Assembly (NCBI GenBank): GCA_046292385.1
Contig: JBKBRF010000006.1
Coordinates: 96,001 to 160,000, forward strand
Source of the DNA: Armatimonadota bacterium
GTDB taxonomy: Bacteria > Armatimonadota > SYMT01
Length of the DNA stretch: 64,000 nucleotides
Direction of reading: 5' to 3'
A model generated the notes under the pieces. The model saw only the letters and a program-made list of their open reading frames with translations, did no database searches and had not been told where the DNA came from. This document shows positions 41,493-54,312 of the stretch, piece after piece. Within the stretch, counting starts at the first letter, position 1, and every line of letters begins with the position of its first letter. The position numbers and the translations under genes were made by a program.

Positions 41493-41586
41493 GGCCTCAC
41501 CCCCGGCCCCTCTCCTGAGAGGAGAGGGGAGCTATGGGTGGAAAGCCTGCCTGCCCCCCCAACGGGGAAGGACCGGGGGTGAGGCC
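41493..41586. repeat. REP-like inverted pair (CCTCACCCCCGGCCCCTCTCC...GGAGAGGGG ... GACCGGGGGTGAGG)
   Basis: Nested palindromes between carB and the Gfo/Idh/MocA gene. Confidence 0.7.
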
Positions 41587-41646
41587 CCGTGAGAACGCCT
41601 TACTCTCGGACCAGCCTTTGACCTTCGTAGGTTTTCTACGCCGGTG

Positions 41647-44600
41647 TCAGCCCGCAGCGGCGAGCTGGGCGCCGGCGCAGTACTCGTCGATCGTCTTGCA
41701 GTTGGGGCGGCCGTCGCCCTCGTGCCCCTCGGCACGGGCGGTGAGGGCGTCGAGCAGCGCCGCAGCGGTGTCGAGGCTGGTGAGACACGGCACGCCGTTC
41801 TCCACCGCCGCGCGCCGCAGGAGGGCTGCTTCCCGCTCGGACCGCTTGTTGCGCGAGACGGTGTTGATCAGCAGGTTGACCTTGCCGTCCTGGATCAGCG
41901 AGATCAGCGTGCGGCCGCCCTCGTGGATCTTGTTCGCCTGCTCCGCGTCGATGCCGTTCTGCTGGAGGTAGGTCGCCGTCCCACCCGTGGCATAGATATG
42001 GTACCCCAGCGCGTGGTACCGCCGCAGCAGCGGGAGCGCCTCTTCCTTGTCCGGATCGGCGACCGTCGCGATGATCGCGCCGTGGCGCGGCACGTCGACC
42101 CCGCTCGCCACCATCGCCTTGTAGAGGGCGCGCGGGTAGTCGAGGTCGGTGCCCATGATCTCGCCGGTCGACTTCATCTCCGGCCCGAGGCTCACGTCGA
42201 CCTTCGTCAGCTTGGCGAAGCTGAAGACCGGCGCCTTCACGGAGACGTGCTCCACCGGCCGCTCGGCGCCGCCGGCGAAGAGGCCGGTCCGGTAGCCCAT
42301 GTCGCGCAGCTTCTCGCCGAGCATGCAGCGGGTCGCCACCTGCACCATCGAGACGCCGGTGATCTTGGAGAGGTAGGGGACGGTGCGGCTGGAGCGCGGG
42401 TTCACCTCCAGGATGTAGACCTCGTCGCCTTCGACCACGAACTGGATGTTCATCAGGCCGACGACCTTGAGCGCGCGGGCGACCCGGATGGCGTAGTCGA
42501 CCATCTTATCCTGAACCACGCGGGAGAGCGACTGCGGCGGGAAGACCGCCATCGAGTCGCCGCTGTGCACGCCGGCCCGCTCGATGTGCTCCATGATGCC
42601 GGGGATCAGGCAGTCCTCGCCGTCCCCGATCACGTCGACCTCGGCCTCTTTGCCGACCACGTACCGGTCGACCAGGATCGGTGCCTCGGGGCTGACGTCG
42701 ACCACGTACTTCATGTAGTTGAGCAGGTCTTCCCGGTTGTGGATGATCTCCATCGCCCGCCCGCCCAGCACGTAGGAGGGGCGCACCAGGACCGGGTAGC
42801 CGATCTCCTCCGCCACATCCAGCGCCGCCTCGGTGGAGCGCACGGCGCGGCCGGCCGGCTTGGGGATATCGAGCTCGCGGAGGAGCTGCTCGAAGCGGTC
42901 GCGGTCCTCCGCCATGTCGATCCCCTCGTAGGAGGTTCCGAACAGCTTCACGCCGGCGTCGTGGAGTGGCTTGGCGAGGTTGATCGCCGTCTGCCCGCCG
43001 AACTGGACGATCACGCCCTCCGGCTGCTCCTCGCGGATGATCGCGAGCATGTTCTCCACCGTCAGCGGCTCGAAGTAGAGCCGGTCCGAGGTGTCGAAGT
43101 CGGTGGAGACGGTCTCCGGGTTGTTGTTGACCACGATCGACTCGTAGCCGGCCTCCCGCAGTGCCCAGACGCTGTGGACCGTGCAGTAGTCGAACTCGAT
43201 CCCCTGGCCGATCCGGATCGGGCCGGAGCCGATCACGATCACCTTCTTCTTCGCCCCCTCCGGCCGGGCCGGCTCGACGAGATCGGCCCCGAGCCGGGCC
43301 TCGTCCTCGGTCTCGTAGGTGCTGTAGAAGTAGGGGGTTGCCGCCTCGAACTCCGCGGCGCAGGTATCGACCATCTTGTAGACCGGCTCGATCCCCTGCG
43401 CCCAGCGCAGCTCGCGGATCTCCGACTCGGAGACGCCGCACCGGTCCGCCAGGCTGCGGTCGCTGATCCCGCACCGCTTCGCCTCGCGCAGGTCCGCCAT
43501 GAACTCCGGATCGTCCGCGGACGGCTTCCGGCCCTCGAACCGGTCTTCCAGCCGCACCAGGTCCCGGATCTTGTAGAGGAACCACGGATCGATGTTGCTG
43601 GCCGACTGGACCTCCCGGATCTCCCAGCCGCGGCGGAACGCCTCCGCCACCGCGAAGAGCCGCTCGTCCGTGGCGGTGCGGAGCTCGCCCTCCAGCTCCA
43701 TCTCGGTCCAGAGCGGCGCGTTCTTGCTGCGGAGCCCGTGCGTGCCGACCTCCAGCGACCGCACCGCCTTCAGGAGCGCGCTCTCGAAGGTGCGGCCGAT
43801 CGCCATCACCTCGCCGGTCGCCTTCATCTGGCTGCCGATGGTGCGGTCCGCCGTGACGAACTTGTCGAACGGCCAGCGCGGGATCTTCACCACGCAGTAG
43901 TCGAGCGCCGGTTCGAAGCAGGCGAGCGTCTTGCGGGTGACGGCATTCTCGATCTCGTCGAGCCGCATGCCGATACAGATCTTGGCTGAGACGCGCGCGA
44001 TCGGGTAGCCCGTGGCCTTCGACGCCAGCGCGGAGGAGCGGCTCACGCGCGGGTTCACCTCGATCACGTAGTACTGGAAGCTCTTCGGATCGAGCGCGAG
44101 CTGCACGTTGCACCCGCCTTCGATGCCCAGCTCCCGGATGATCTTGAGCGACGCCGTCCGGAGCATCTGGTACTCCTTGTCCGACAGCGTCTGGCTCGGC
44201 GCCACCACGATGGAGTCCCCGGTGTGGATGCCCATCGGGTCGAGGTTCTCCATGTTGCAGATGGTGATGCAGGTATCCGCGCCGTCCCGCATCACCTCGT
44301 ACTCCACCTCTTTCCAGCCCTGGAGATAGCGCTCCACCAGGATCTGGTGCCGCATGGAGAGCTTCAGGCCGAGCGCCCCGATCTCCAGCATCTCCTTCAC
44401 GTCCCGCGCGATGCCGCCGCCGGTGCCGCCGAGCGTGTAGGCGGGGCGCACGATCAGCGGCCAGGGAAGGTCGGTCCGCTCCGCCAGATCCCGGAGCTGC
44501 TCCATGCTCTCGATGATCCAGCTCTCCGGCACCGGCTCCCCGATGCGCCGCATGAGGGAGCGGAACTCCTCGCGGTCTTCCGCCATGCGGATCGACTTCA

Positions 44601-44958
44601 GCGGGGTGCCGAGCAGCTCGACGTCGTACTTCTCCAGGATCCCCTGGGCGGCGAGCTTGGTCGCCAGGTTCAGCCCGGTCTGGCCGCCCAGGCCCGGCGC
44701 CAGGCCGTCCGGACGCTCCCGCGCGATCACCCGCTCCGCGAACTCCACGGTGAGCGGCTCGATGTAGACCCGGTCCGCGATCTCCGTATCGGTCATGATC
44801 GTGGCGGGGTTGGAGTTGATGAGGACGACTTCGCAGCCCTCTTCGCGGAGAGACTGGCACGCCTGGGTGCCGGCGTAGTCGAACTCCGCGGCCTGGCCGA
44901 TGATGATCGGACCGGAGCCGATCACCATCACTTTCTTGATTTCGGGTCTCTTAGGCAT
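41647..44958 (-). CDS. carB: Carbamoyl-phosphate synthase large subunit
   Basis: [46 protein letters not shown], second ATP-grasp half, C-terminal MGS domain. Confidence 0.99.
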   Translation of the reverse strand: MPKRPEIKKVMVIGSGPIIIGQAAEFDYAGTQACQSLREEGCEVVLINSNPATIMTDTEIADRVYIEPLTVEFAERVIARERPDGLAPGLGGQTGLNLATKLAAQGILEKYDVELLGTPLKSIRMAEDREEFRSLMRRIGEPVPESWIIESMEQLRDLAERTDLPWPLIVRPAYTLGGTGGGIARDVKEMLEIGALGLKLSMRHQILVERYLQGWKEVEYEVMRDGADTCITICNMENLDPMGIHTGDSIVVAPSQTLSDKEYQMLRTASLKIIRELGIEGGCNVQLALDPKSFQYYVIEVNPRVSRSSALASKATGYPIARVSAKICIGMRLDEIENAVTRKTLACFEPALDYCVVKIPRWPFDKFVTADRTIGSQMKATGEVMAIGRTFESALLKAVRSLEVGTHGLRSKNAPLWTEMELEGELRTATDERLFAVAEAFRRGWEIREVQSASNIDPWFLYKIRDLVRLEDRFEGRKPSADDPEFMADLREAKRCGISDRSLADRCGVSESEIRELRWAQGIEPVYKMVDTCAAEFEAATPYFYSTYETEDEARLGADLVEPARPEGAKKKVIVIGSGPIRIGQGIEFDYCTVHSVWALREAGYESIVVNNNPETVSTDFDTSDRLYFEPLTVENMLAIIREEQPEGVIVQFGGQTAINLAKPLHDAGVKLFGTSYEGIDMAEDRDRFEQLLRELDIPKPAGRAVRSTEAALDVAEEIGYPVLVRPSYVLGGRAMEIIHNREDLLNYMKYVVDVSPEAPILVDRYVVGKEAEVDVIGDGEDCLIPGIMEHIERAGVHSGDSMAVFPPQSLSRVVQDKMVDYAIRVARALKVVGLMNIQFVVEGDEVYILEVNPRSSRTVPYLSKITGVSMVQVATRCMLGEKLRDMGYRTGLFAGGAERPVEHVSVKAPVFSFAKLTKVDVSLGPEMKSTGEIMGTDLDYPRALYKAMVASGVDVPRHGAIIATVADPDKEEALPLLRRYHALGYHIYATGGTATYLQQNGIDAEQANKIHEGGRTLISLIQDGKVNLLINTVSRNKRSEREAALLRRAAVENGVPCLTSLDTAAALLDALTARAEGHEGDGRPNCKTIDEYCAGAQLAAAG

Positions 44959-44995
44959 CTGAATGCTTACTGCTGGTGATTGAAAAGAAAATGTC

Positions 44996-46111
44996 TTACT
45001 TGGAGCCGCCGGCCCCGCTCTGCGCTTCGAGCGCGGCGACGAAGCGGTTGAACAGGTAGGCGCTGTCCCGCGGGCCGGGGTTCGCCTCCGGGTGGTACTG
45101 GATGGTAAAGACCGGCAGCTCGCGGTGGCGCAGCCCTTCCACGGTCCCGTCGTTCAGGTTCACGTGGGTCACTTCCAGCCCGCTCTTCTCCAGGCCGGCG
45201 GGGTCGACGGCGTACCCGTGGTTCTGGCTGGTGATGTAGACGCGACCGGTCTCCAGGTCTTTCACCGGGTGGTTGCCGCCGCGGTGTCCGAACCGGAGCT
45301 TGAAGGTACCCGCCCCGAACGCCTTCCCGACGATCTGGTTGCCGAGGCAGATCCCGAAGGTCGGCTTGCCGCTGTGGATCAGCTTCCGGGCGGTCTCCAC
45401 CACGTCGGCCAGGTGCTTCGGGTCGCCCGGGCCGGGCGAGAAGGCGATGCCGTCCGGGTTGCGCTCCAGGATCTCTTCCGCGGAGGCGGTGCAGGGAAAG
45501 ACCGTGGTCCGCACCCCCTGCTCGCCGAGCGCGCGGAGGATGTTGTACTTCACGCCGCAGTCGAGCAGGCTCACGTCGAACACGCGGCCGTCGGGACGGG
45601 TGGCGGTCGGCTCCCACACGTACGGCTCCGGAGTGGTGACGCGGCGCACGAAGTCGATCGCGGTGTAGTCGGGCGAGCTCCGCAGGTGCGCGGTCGCCTC
45701 TTCCGCGTTCATCTCGGAGGTGACGACGCCCATCATCACGCCTTGCTCGCGGAGGCGGCGGGTGAGCGCGCGGGTATCGATCCCCTCGATGCCGACGACG
45801 TTGCTCCGGTGCAGGAACGACTGCAGGTCTTCGCCGGAGCGCCAGTTGCTCGGCATCTCGCAGAGCTGCTTCACGATGAAGCCGGAGACCTGCACCCCGC
45901 GGGATTCCAGGTCGAGCTCGGTCACCCCGTAGTTCCCGATGAGCGGATAGGTGAGGGTGAGGAGCTGACCCGCGTAGGAGGGGTCGGTCAGCATCTCCTG
46001 ATAGCCCGTCATCGAGGTGCTGAAGACCACCTCTCCGGTGACGGTACCTGCCGCGCCGATGCTGCGGCCCTCGAACACGGCTCCATCTTCCAGTACCAGC
46101 AAGCTTCGCAT
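44996..46111 (-). CDS. carA: Carbamoyl-phosphate synthase small subunit
   Basis: [45 protein letters not shown]. Confidence 0.98.
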   Translation of the reverse strand: MRSLLVLEDGAVFEGRSIGAAGTVTGEVVFSTSMTGYQEMLTDPSYAGQLLTLTYPLIGNYGVTELDLESRGVQVSGFIVKQLCEMPSNWRSGEDLQSFLHRSNVVGIEGIDTRALTRRLREQGVMMGVVTSEMNAEEATAHLRSSPDYTAIDFVRRVTTPEPYVWEPTATRPDGRVFDVSLLDCGVKYNILRALGEQGVRTTVFPCTASAEEILERNPDGIAFSPGPGDPKHLADVVETARKLIHSGKPTFGICLGNQIVGKAFGAGTFKLRFGHRGGNHPVKDLETGRVYITSQNHGYAVDPAGLEKSGLEVTHVNLNDGTVEGLRHRELPVFTIQYHPEANPGPRDSAYLFNRFVAALEAQSGAGGSK

Positions 46112-46178
46112 ACTACCTGTCCCACCTGTCCGCCCGAAGGTCCGGGCGCTCTCTCATCCAGATCTTCACGCGGTGCGC

Positions 46179-47501
46179 CTACCCGACGAGCTCGCCGTCC
46201 CGCACGAGCACCTTGCCGTCGACGATCGTCGCCACGGCCGCCCCGCGAAGCTCCCAGCCGAGGAACGGGGTGTTCTTGCTGCGGCTGTGGAGCGTCTCCT
46301 CGCTCACCACGAAGTCGCGGTCGACGTCGAGGATCGTCACGTCACCGGGGGCGCCGAGCTCCAGCGTGCCGATGCGGCGATCGACCCCGGCCGGGAGGTC
46401 GTGCCCGTCTCCGATCAGCACCCGCGCGGGGTTCACGGTGAGCTTCGCGATCGCGTCGGAGAGGGAGACGATGCCGGGGCGGACCAGCCGGTCGAGCGTG
46501 AGCGGCACCACCGTCTCCAGCCCCACCATCCCCATCAGCGCGCGGTCGAACTCGCAGTCCTTCTCCTGGATCGCGTGCGGCGCGTGGTCCGTGGCGATGC
46601 AGTCGAGCGTGCCGTCCTGCAGCCCTTCCAGCACCGCGGCGACGTCGTCCGCGCTCCGGAGCGGCGGGTTGACCTTGGCCTGTGTGTTGTAGCCGAGGCA
46701 CGCCTCGTCGGTGAGGCAGAAGTGGTGCGGGCAGCCCTCCGCGGTGACCGGCAGCCCCTGCGCCTTGGCGCGGCGGACCAGGTCGACCGAGACGCGCGTG
46801 GAGACGTGGCAGATGTGCACGCGGCACCCGGTGAGGCGGCTCAGCTCGATGTTGCGGGAGACCATGATGTCTTCCGCGGCGTTCGGGATCCCCCGCAGGC
46901 CGAGCAGCGTGGAGACCGGCCCCTCGTTCATCGCGCCGTCGCCGGCGAGCGCCTTGTCCTCGCAGTGGAGCGCCACGCCGCGGTGAAGCCCGTAGGCATA
47001 CTCCATCGCGCGCCGCATCACCTCGGCGTTCTGGATCGGGAAGGCGTCGTCGGAGAAGAGCGCGGCGCCGGAGGCGGAGAGGCGGCCCATCTCCGCCAGC
47101 TCTTTTCCGGCATTCTGCTTCGTCATGGAGGCGAAGACGTGCACCTTCACGCCGATCGCCTTCTCCGCCTTCTCCTGGATCAGCTCGACCACGGAGGGGT
47201 CGTCGATCGCCGGGTCGGTGTTCGGCATGCAGCAGACGTGCGCGAAGCCGCCCGCCGCCGCCGCGCGGGTGCCGGTGGCGATCGTCTCCTTGTACTCCTG
47301 GCCGGGCTCGCGCAGGTGCACGTGCACGTCGATGAAGCCGGGGCAGACGACGCGGTCCGAGGCGTCCAGCACCTCATGCCCGCCGTCCGGTAGCCCCTTG
47401 TCGATCGCCGTGACCCGTCCGTTCTCGATCAGGAGGTCCGCCTCCGTGTCGAGCCGCTGCGCGGGATCGATCACCCGCCCGTTCTTGATCAGCAGTCCCA
47501 T
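46179..47501 (-). CDS. pyrC: Dihydroorotase
   Basis: DVHVHLREPG, MPNT, HCED, HICHVS, KVNPPLR, ATDHAPH, SKNTPF. Confidence 0.97.
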   Translation of the reverse strand: MGLLIKNGRVIDPAQRLDTEADLLIENGRVTAIDKGLPDGGHEVLDASDRVVCPGFIDVHVHLREPGQEYKETIATGTRAAAAGGFAHVCCMPNTDPAIDDPSVVELIQEKAEKAIGVKVHVFASMTKQNAGKELAEMGRLSASGAALFSDDAFPIQNAEVMRRAMEYAYGLHRGVALHCEDKALAGDGAMNEGPVSTLLGLRGIPNAAEDIMVSRNIELSRLTGCRVHICHVSTRVSVDLVRRAKAQGLPVTAEGCPHHFCLTDEACLGYNTQAKVNPPLRSADDVAAVLEGLQDGTLDCIATDHAPHAIQEKDCEFDRALMGMVGLETVVPLTLDRLVRPGIVSLSDAIAKLTVNPARVLIGDGHDLPAGVDRRIGTLELGAPGDVTILDVDRDFVVSEETLHSRSKNTPFLGWELRGAAVATIVDGKVLVRDGELVG

Positions 47502-47516
47502 CGAGCTGTCTTTCTC

Positions 47517-49184
<1,668 letters not shown>

Positions 49185-49203
49185 CCCAACCGGATTTCCT
49201 AAT

Positions 49204-49232
49204 ACTCTATCATCCACCCCCGGGGCTGTCAC
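49204..49232 (-). promoter_or_regulatory. Putative sigma70 promoter of the pyr operon
   Basis: Minus strand GTGACA-17 nt-TAGAGT with TG extension, about 20 nt upstream of the PyrR element. Confidence 0.5.
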
Positions 49233-49293
49233 TGCGAACATCGCTCGCCGAGGGCTTTGGGGCGGTGCGGGCGTATACTGTGGGTATACGCCC

Positions 49294-49342
49294 GGCGGTT
49301 GAAACCGCGGCAACAACCGCACGAAGTCGGCCTGCGCCGACT
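49294..49342. repeat. REP-like palindrome, family A
   Basis: ggcggttgaaaccgcggcaacaaccgcacgaagtcggcctgcgccgact; compare 5678. Confidence 0.75.
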
Positions 49343-49551
49343 GAGGTGGCACCGCGGTGATTCCTGGCCGTCTGCATCGGAGTGCATCCGGTCAGTTTAG
49401 GGGCAGGTGCCTTCCGGATCGCCGGCAGTTGACTGCCGGCGGCGCCAAGGGCGGAGTTTACTCCGCATCCCTGCGCGTAACCGGGTGATGCTGCTTCGAC
49501 TTTCCGAATGCAGTACTGGAGATCAGAGAGCGGCGTCGAGAGGACGGAGTC

Positions 49552-50145
49552 ATGTCGGAGACAGCGGTACGACTACACCGGAAGACGCGGGACGACTACC
49601 GCGCGCTGCCGGAAGGGCCTCCCTACTACGAGCTGATCGACGGAGAGCTGATCGAGATGACGCGCCCTTCCGAGCTGCACAACGAGATCGCGCTTACCCT
49701 GGCGGAGTGGTGGCGGGCACATCTTCGGACCGGGGTGGGCGGCGCGCTCTCGATCGAGCCCAACCTCTACCTGCCGAATCTCGAATCGGTTTACCACCCG
49801 GACCTGGCCTACATCGCCCCGGAGCAGCGCTCGATTCGGAAGCGGGACGGCATCTACGGCGTCCCGCAGGTGATCTGCGAGATCCTCTCCCCGTCCACCG
49901 CCAGTCTGGACCGGTCGGTCAAGCTGAACGACTATCGCCGGGCTGGGGTGCCACACGTTTGGCTCGTCGACCCGGTGCGACCCGTGCTGGTCCAGGAGTT
50001 CGTGCTTGGCGAGAGCGGCGCCTACTCCCTTCACAGCAGCCTGACCGCACCGGCCGAATGGGAGCCGGCGGCGTTTCCGGGGTGGACCATCTCCCTCGCG
50101 GAGCTGGATGCTGCCGTGGCGTCGGTGGAGGAGGCTAGCGAGTAG
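49552..50145 (+). CDS. Uma2/DUF820 family PD-(D/E)XK-like protein
   Basis: YELIDGEL, P...H, PDL, P.VICEILSPST...D...K...Y...GVPHVWLVDP. Confidence 0.92.
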   Translation: MSETAVRLHRKTRDDYRALPEGPPYYELIDGELIEMTRPSELHNEIALTLAEWWRAHLRTGVGGALSIEPNLYLPNLESVYHPDLAYIAPEQRSIRKRDGIYGVPQVICEILSPSTASLDRSVKLNDYRRAGVPHVWLVDPVRPVLVQEFVLGESGAYSLHSSLTAPAEWEPAAFPGWTISLAELDAAVASVEEASE

Positions 50146-50716
50146 GGAGCCGCAGGCGGTAGAGGTAGAGATCCGAATCCGAAGCGAGGGGCTCCACTTC
50201 CACCCGCCAGCCTTCCCGCTCCGCCAGCGCGAAGAAGTCGGCGCTCATCGGGCGGTCCGGATCGGCCAGGTAGGCGGTGCCGTCCGCCGCAAGCGAATCC
50301 GCCAGGACCCGCAGCAGCGGCGCATGCAGGGCGCGCTCGTAAGCGACGTCCGCGGCCAGGACCACCGGCCAGCGCCCGCGCAGCGGCCAGGCCCGCCAGT
50401 CGGCGGCGACGCACCGCACGCCGTTAAGACCGTTCCGCAGGGCGTTCCCTCGGGCCAGCACCGTGGCTTCCGGGAAACGGTCGGTCAGGGTGACACGGGC
50501 TCCCAGCGCCGCCGCGGCGAGGCCGACGATCCCCGTACCGCAGCCTAGCTCCAGCACGGGGAGGTGAGCCCAGCCGCCGCGAGCCAGCACCCACCTCGCC
50601 AGCGCCTCCCCGGCGGGCCAGATCACGGCCCAGTAGGGGAGGGCCTCCGCGTCCCGGACCTCGCCCATCAGCGCGTCGAGGTCCGGCGCTGCGTGCAACT
50701 CCAGCCGCACCTCCAC
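50135..50716 (-). CDS. Class I SAM-dependent methyltransferase (Methyltransf_16-like)
   Basis: LPYWAVIWPAG, VLELGCGTG, TD, LAADVAYE, LADPDR; start uncertain because the longer ORF start (50779) lies inside a repeat. Confidence 0.85.
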   Translation of the reverse strand: MEVRLELHAAPDLDALMGEVRDAEALPYWAVIWPAGEALARWVLARGGWAHLPVLELGCGTGIVGLAAAALGARVTLTDRFPEATVLARGNALRNGLNGVRCVAADWRAWPLRGRWPVVLAADVAYERALHAPLLRVLADSLAADGTAYLADPDRPMSADFFALAEREGWRVEVEPLASDSDLYLYRLRLPTR

Positions 50717-50726
50717 TCCGGGGGAG

Positions 50727-50816
50727 GTGTAAGAAAGGAGATAAGGGGATGAGTTGAGGATGGGGGGATGGCCAGCCACCCGAACTTAGCTCCTGCTCTT
50801 ACTCCTGCTCCTGCTC
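50727..50816. repeat. Composite simple-sequence element (copy of the 30679 element)
   Basis: gtgtaagaaaggagat...gggatggccagccacccgaac...(ctcctg)n. Confidence 0.7.
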
Positions 50817-50890
50817 GCTGGCGACGCCCGGCGGTCCCGCATGTTGTCGCGAGCTCGCACTCTGGTTCTTGTGGCAGGACGCCGCGTTCC

Positions 50891-51160
50891 GCCGCCCCTC
50901 CAGGGCGGACACGAGGGCTTGCAGGAGTCCGGGGGCTGCGCTACGCGTTACCCCCGGCTAATCTCCTGCGCCCCTCCGGGGCGGTGAAATTCCGGATCGC
51001 CGGAGGTTGACCTCCGGCGGCACCGACGTGCGGAGCTCACTCCGCACGGTTTCCGGGTAGCCCTCCCGCCCCTCCAGGGCGGAACGTGGCGGCGGCTCCG
51101 AATCCGGGGGCTGCGCTGCGCTTGCGCCCCGGCTACCGTCTCGCGCCCCTCCGGGGCGCC
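50891..51160. repeat. Two direct copies (about 95 nt) of a REP-like element CGCCCCTCCAGGGC...CCGGGGGCTGCGCT...CCCCGGCTA...CGCCCCTCCGGGGC
   Basis: Copies at about 50891-50985 and 51066-51160. Confidence 0.75.
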
Positions 51161-51221
51161 ATGCCCGACGCCCTCTGTCTCTCTGTCTCTCCGTCTCTCC
51201 GTCTCCGAAGGTCCCTACGTG

Positions 51222-52409
51222 TCAGCGACCGGCCGGCATCTCGGCAATCTTGAGGTTGCGGAACGAGAGGTCCGTGGTCGGGTCGTGGCCCTGGAGGCTC
51301 ACGACGCCGGGGGCGGCGCGGTAGCCCTGGCGGGCGTTGTTGTTCGGCGGGCGCATGTCGGTGAAGTCGCTCACCTGGATTCCGTTCACCCAGACCGCGA
51401 TGTGCGGGCCGTGCGCCACGATCGTCTTGGTGAACCACTCGCGGTCGCTCGGAATCACGCGCCGCGCCGGCTGGCGGTTGTAGACGCCGCCGGTGCCGTA
51501 GTCGACCGGCTTGGTGCGGTCGTCGCCTTCCCACTGGTTGCGGATCTGGCTCTCGTAGCCGCTCCAGAACTCACCCGGCGTGCCGCGGAAGAAGACGCCG
51601 CTGTTCAGGTGGGTGCCGTTGGAGATGATGTCGAGCTGGAAGACGAAATCGCCGAACTGCGCCTCGCTCTGGAGGTCGCCGTTCCCGTCCTTCACGTTCA
51701 GCCAGCCTTCCGGGGTGACGGAGTAGACCGACTTCCGTCCCGGAATCTCCTTCCAGCCGGTGAGGTCCTTGCCGTTGAAGAGGCTCTTCAGGCCGAGCGG
51801 CTGGAGCTTGACGTTCCGGAAGCGGACGGTGCCTTCGCCGTTGTACTGCAGGCCGATCGTGCCGCGCCGGTACTTCGAATCGCGGGTGTCGACCGTCTTC
51901 CGCCCGTTCAGCAGGACCACCAGGCGGTCACCGTCCGCGGTGATCTCGTAGCTGTTCCAGCGGCCGGTGGTGCGGGGCGCGCGGCCGGAGGCCCTGGCGA
52001 CGTCGTTGATGCTGCCGGTCGGCCACATCGGGTGCTTGTCGTAGATGTTCACCTCGTAGGCGTTCTGCTGCGTGATCTCGCCGGAGGTGGGGCAGCGGAG
52101 GAAGACGCCGCTGTTCGCGGCCTCGTCGACCCAGAACTCCGCCTTCAGGCGGTAGCTCGGAAAGACGGTGGTGGTGCTGAGGACTCCCTTACCGCTGCCG
52201 GGCACCGCCGCCAGGGTGCCGTTCTCTACGCGCCAGGTCGCGTCGCCGCGCTGCTCCCAGCCGAACGGCGTCTCTCCATCGAAGAGAAGGATCCAGCCGT
52301 CCGCGATCTCCTTCGCGGTAAGGGGGGTGGTGCCGCGCTCCTGCGCGCCCGCCGCCGCGGCGAGCAGGGTCAGCGCTGCCAGTGCTGCAAGTCGGATGAA
52401 GTGCTTCAT
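51222..52409 (-). CDS. Secreted DUF1080 (3-keto-disaccharide hydrolase-like) protein, two domains
   Basis: GWILLFDG...GW, NSGVFLR, YEVNI, WN.YEI, IGLQ; second domain SLFNGKDLTGW, NSGVFFR, LQGHD, FRNLKI. Confidence 0.9.
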   Translation of the reverse strand: MKHFIRLAALAALTLLAAAAGAQERGTTPLTAKEIADGWILLFDGETPFGWEQRGDATWRVENGTLAAVPGSGKGVLSTTTVFPSYRLKAEFWVDEAANSGVFLRCPTSGEITQQNAYEVNIYDKHPMWPTGSINDVARASGRAPRTTGRWNSYEITADGDRLVVLLNGRKTVDTRDSKYRRGTIGLQYNGEGTVRFRNVKLQPLGLKSLFNGKDLTGWKEIPGRKSVYSVTPEGWLNVKDGNGDLQSEAQFGDFVFQLDIISNGTHLNSGVFFRGTPGEFWSGYESQIRNQWEGDDRTKPVDYGTGGVYNRQPARRVIPSDREWFTKTIVAHGPHIAVWVNGIQVSDFTDMRPPNNNARQGYRAAPGVVSLQGHDPTTDLSFRNLKIAEMPAGR

Positions 52410-52601
52410 GGATTCTCCCGCCTGGCCGCCAGGCTCCGCGGCCACACGGGTTCAGTTTACTTCATCTCCGGAGAACGTCCGCCGGGACCGCCCTCTAGTC
52501 GGCGCGAGCAGACGCCAGAATAGGTAGAGACGACGCCGGATCGACGCATGTTCCGTTTTCCCGCAGGGGATCGGCGGCAGGGGAAAGGTGGCCGGAGAGA
52601 G

Positions 52602-53168
52602 ATGCGCTGGGGCTTCTTCAGGAAGAACCGCGAGCCGGAGGCGGGCTCGGCCGGAGCGGCCCCCGCGCCGGACCTCCCGTCGGCGGAGATCGACGACGAG
52701 CTCGCCTTCCTCCGGAGTCGTCCGGACTTCGACGAAGAGGAGATGGCTTCCGTCAGCCCGACGGCCGGGCCGGTGGTGACCGAGTCTCCCCGGGACGTGC
52801 GGGAGCCGTGGCAGCTCGCGGCGGAAGCGGTGGCGGCCCTGGGCGAGCGCACTCCGGTGGCTCCCCGGCCGTTCGCTACCGGCACCACCGCCTCGGCAGC
52901 GCCCGCGGAGGAGCTGACCGAAGAGGACCGCATGCTCGGCGCGCTGCTCGCGGAAGCGATGGGGCTGCCGGGAAGGGAGCCGGAAGTCGGATCCGCGCAG
53001 GTCGAGGCATCGCCCTCGGAGCGGGTGACCGGCGAGGTACTGGCGGCCCTGGTGCCGGAGTGGGCGGACGAGGCGCGCAGCCCGGCCGACCTGCTCGACC
53101 TGGCGTTGGAACGTGGTGAGAACGCGGGGCTTATCCCCGACCGCATCGATTCACAGGCGGGTGGCTAG
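52602..53168 (+). CDS. Acidic Ala/Glu/Pro-rich hypothetical protein, first gene of the ParA-Hsp70 operon
   Basis: GGAGAG RBS; MRWGFFRK N-terminus; ends 18 nt before the first parA. Confidence 0.7.
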   Translation: MRWGFFRKNREPEAGSAGAAPAPDLPSAEIDDELAFLRSRPDFDEEEMASVSPTAGPVVTESPRDVREPWQLAAEAVAALGERTPVAPRPFATGTTASAAPAEELTEEDRMLGALLAEAMGLPGREPEVGSAQVEASPSERVTGEVLAALVPEWADEARSPADLLDLALERGENAGLIPDRIDSQAGG

Positions 53169-53186
53169 CCCGTCGTTCAGCAAGCT

Positions 53187-54296
53187 ATGCAAACGCTCGC
53201 GATCATCAGTCATAAAGGCGGCGCCGGCAAGACCAGCTCCTCCGTAATGCTGGCCGAAGAGCTGGCGGGGCGCGGCTACCGGGTAGTGCTCGTGGATGCC
53301 GACCGGCAGCGCGGCGCGGGACTCCTGCTCGGCATCGAGCAGCCGACCGGGTCGGTGCAGCAGACGCAGCACGCCCGCCTGCGCTACTTCTGCAGTGCGG
53401 GAGTGCCGCTGCGGGAGCTACCGCAGCGCGCGCAAGAGCTTTCCGGGCTCTTCGACGTGGCGGTGGTCGACACCCCGTCGCTCGACGACCCGCTGGCCCG
53501 CGGCTGGATCCAGGTGGCCTCGCACGCGCTGATGGTGATTCCGGTGGAGCCGATCAGCATGCGCACCCTCGGCGCCGCCGAGGCGACGCTGGGGAGCGTC
53601 CGGAAGCTGAACCAGGGTATCGAGGTGATCGGGCTGCTCCCGACGATGTTCGACGAGTCGGAGTCGACGCAGCGCACGCTGATGCTGGAGCTCCGCTCGC
53701 GGCAGGGCGACGTGCTGCTGCCGGTCTCGATCCCGCAGGATTCCGGCCTCGCCCACCGGGCCGAGCAGAAGGCGGAGCGGCGTACCGCGCCAGCTCCCGC
53801 TACGCTGCAGGCCTATGCCGGCGCGGCCGACTTCGCGATCCAGAAGCTGCGCCTGGAGAGCCCGGCGGCGGCTCCGGCCGCCGCGGTGCCGGCGGCGATC
53901 GGGGCGCCCGCGGCCCCGGCTTCTTCGAACGGGGCCGCCGTCCCGCCCTGGTCGGCGCGCCGCCGCCCCGAAGCTGCCCCGGCGCCGGTGGCGGCCCCGG
54001 CCGCAGCCGTGGCGGCGCAGAGCGCTGCCCAGCCGGCAGCAGCCCGCCCGGAGCCGGCAGCGGTCGCGGCTCCCGCGGCAGCCGCCCCGGCCCCGGCACC
54101 GATGCCGGCGGCCGCACCCGCGGGCGGCGCGAAGTGGACGCTGCTCCACACGGTGATCGTGGTGCTGGCGGTCGCGGTCGCGGTGCTCGCCACCGTGCTG
54201 TTCATGCGCACCCCCGACGCCGCCGTTCCGGCGCCCGGCGCCGGCGTCCAGCAGCCCCAGAACCCGGCGGGCGCCCCCGCCGGCCAGCCGAAATAG
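53187..54296 (+). CDS. ParA/MinD-family ATPase with Ala/Pro linker and C-terminal TM helix
   Basis: Deviant Walker A HKGGAGKTS, VDADRQ, VDTP, LPTMFD; TM TVIVVLAVAVAVLATVLF. Confidence 0.85.
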   Translation: MQTLAIISHKGGAGKTSSSVMLAEELAGRGYRVVLVDADRQRGAGLLLGIEQPTGSVQQTQHARLRYFCSAGVPLRELPQRAQELSGLFDVAVVDTPSLDDPLARGWIQVASHALMVIPVEPISMRTLGAAEATLGSVRKLNQGIEVIGLLPTMFDESESTQRTLMLELRSRQGDVLLPVSIPQDSGLAHRAEQKAERRTAPAPATLQAYAGAADFAIQKLRLESPAAAPAAAVPAAIGAPAAPASSNGAAVPPWSARRRPEAAPAPVAAPAAAVAAQSAAQPAAARPEPAAVAAPAAAAPAPAPMPAAAPAGGAKWTLLHTVIVVLAVAVAVLATVLFMRTPDAAVPAPGAGVQQPQNPAGAPAGQPK

Positions 54297-54312
54297 ACGC
54301 GAGGAGCCACGG

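Noticed and set aside
50891..51160. Possible CRISPR array (also considered for the heptamer tracts)
   Set aside because: Only two long degenerate copies, no constant repeat-spacer periodicity, and no cas genes.
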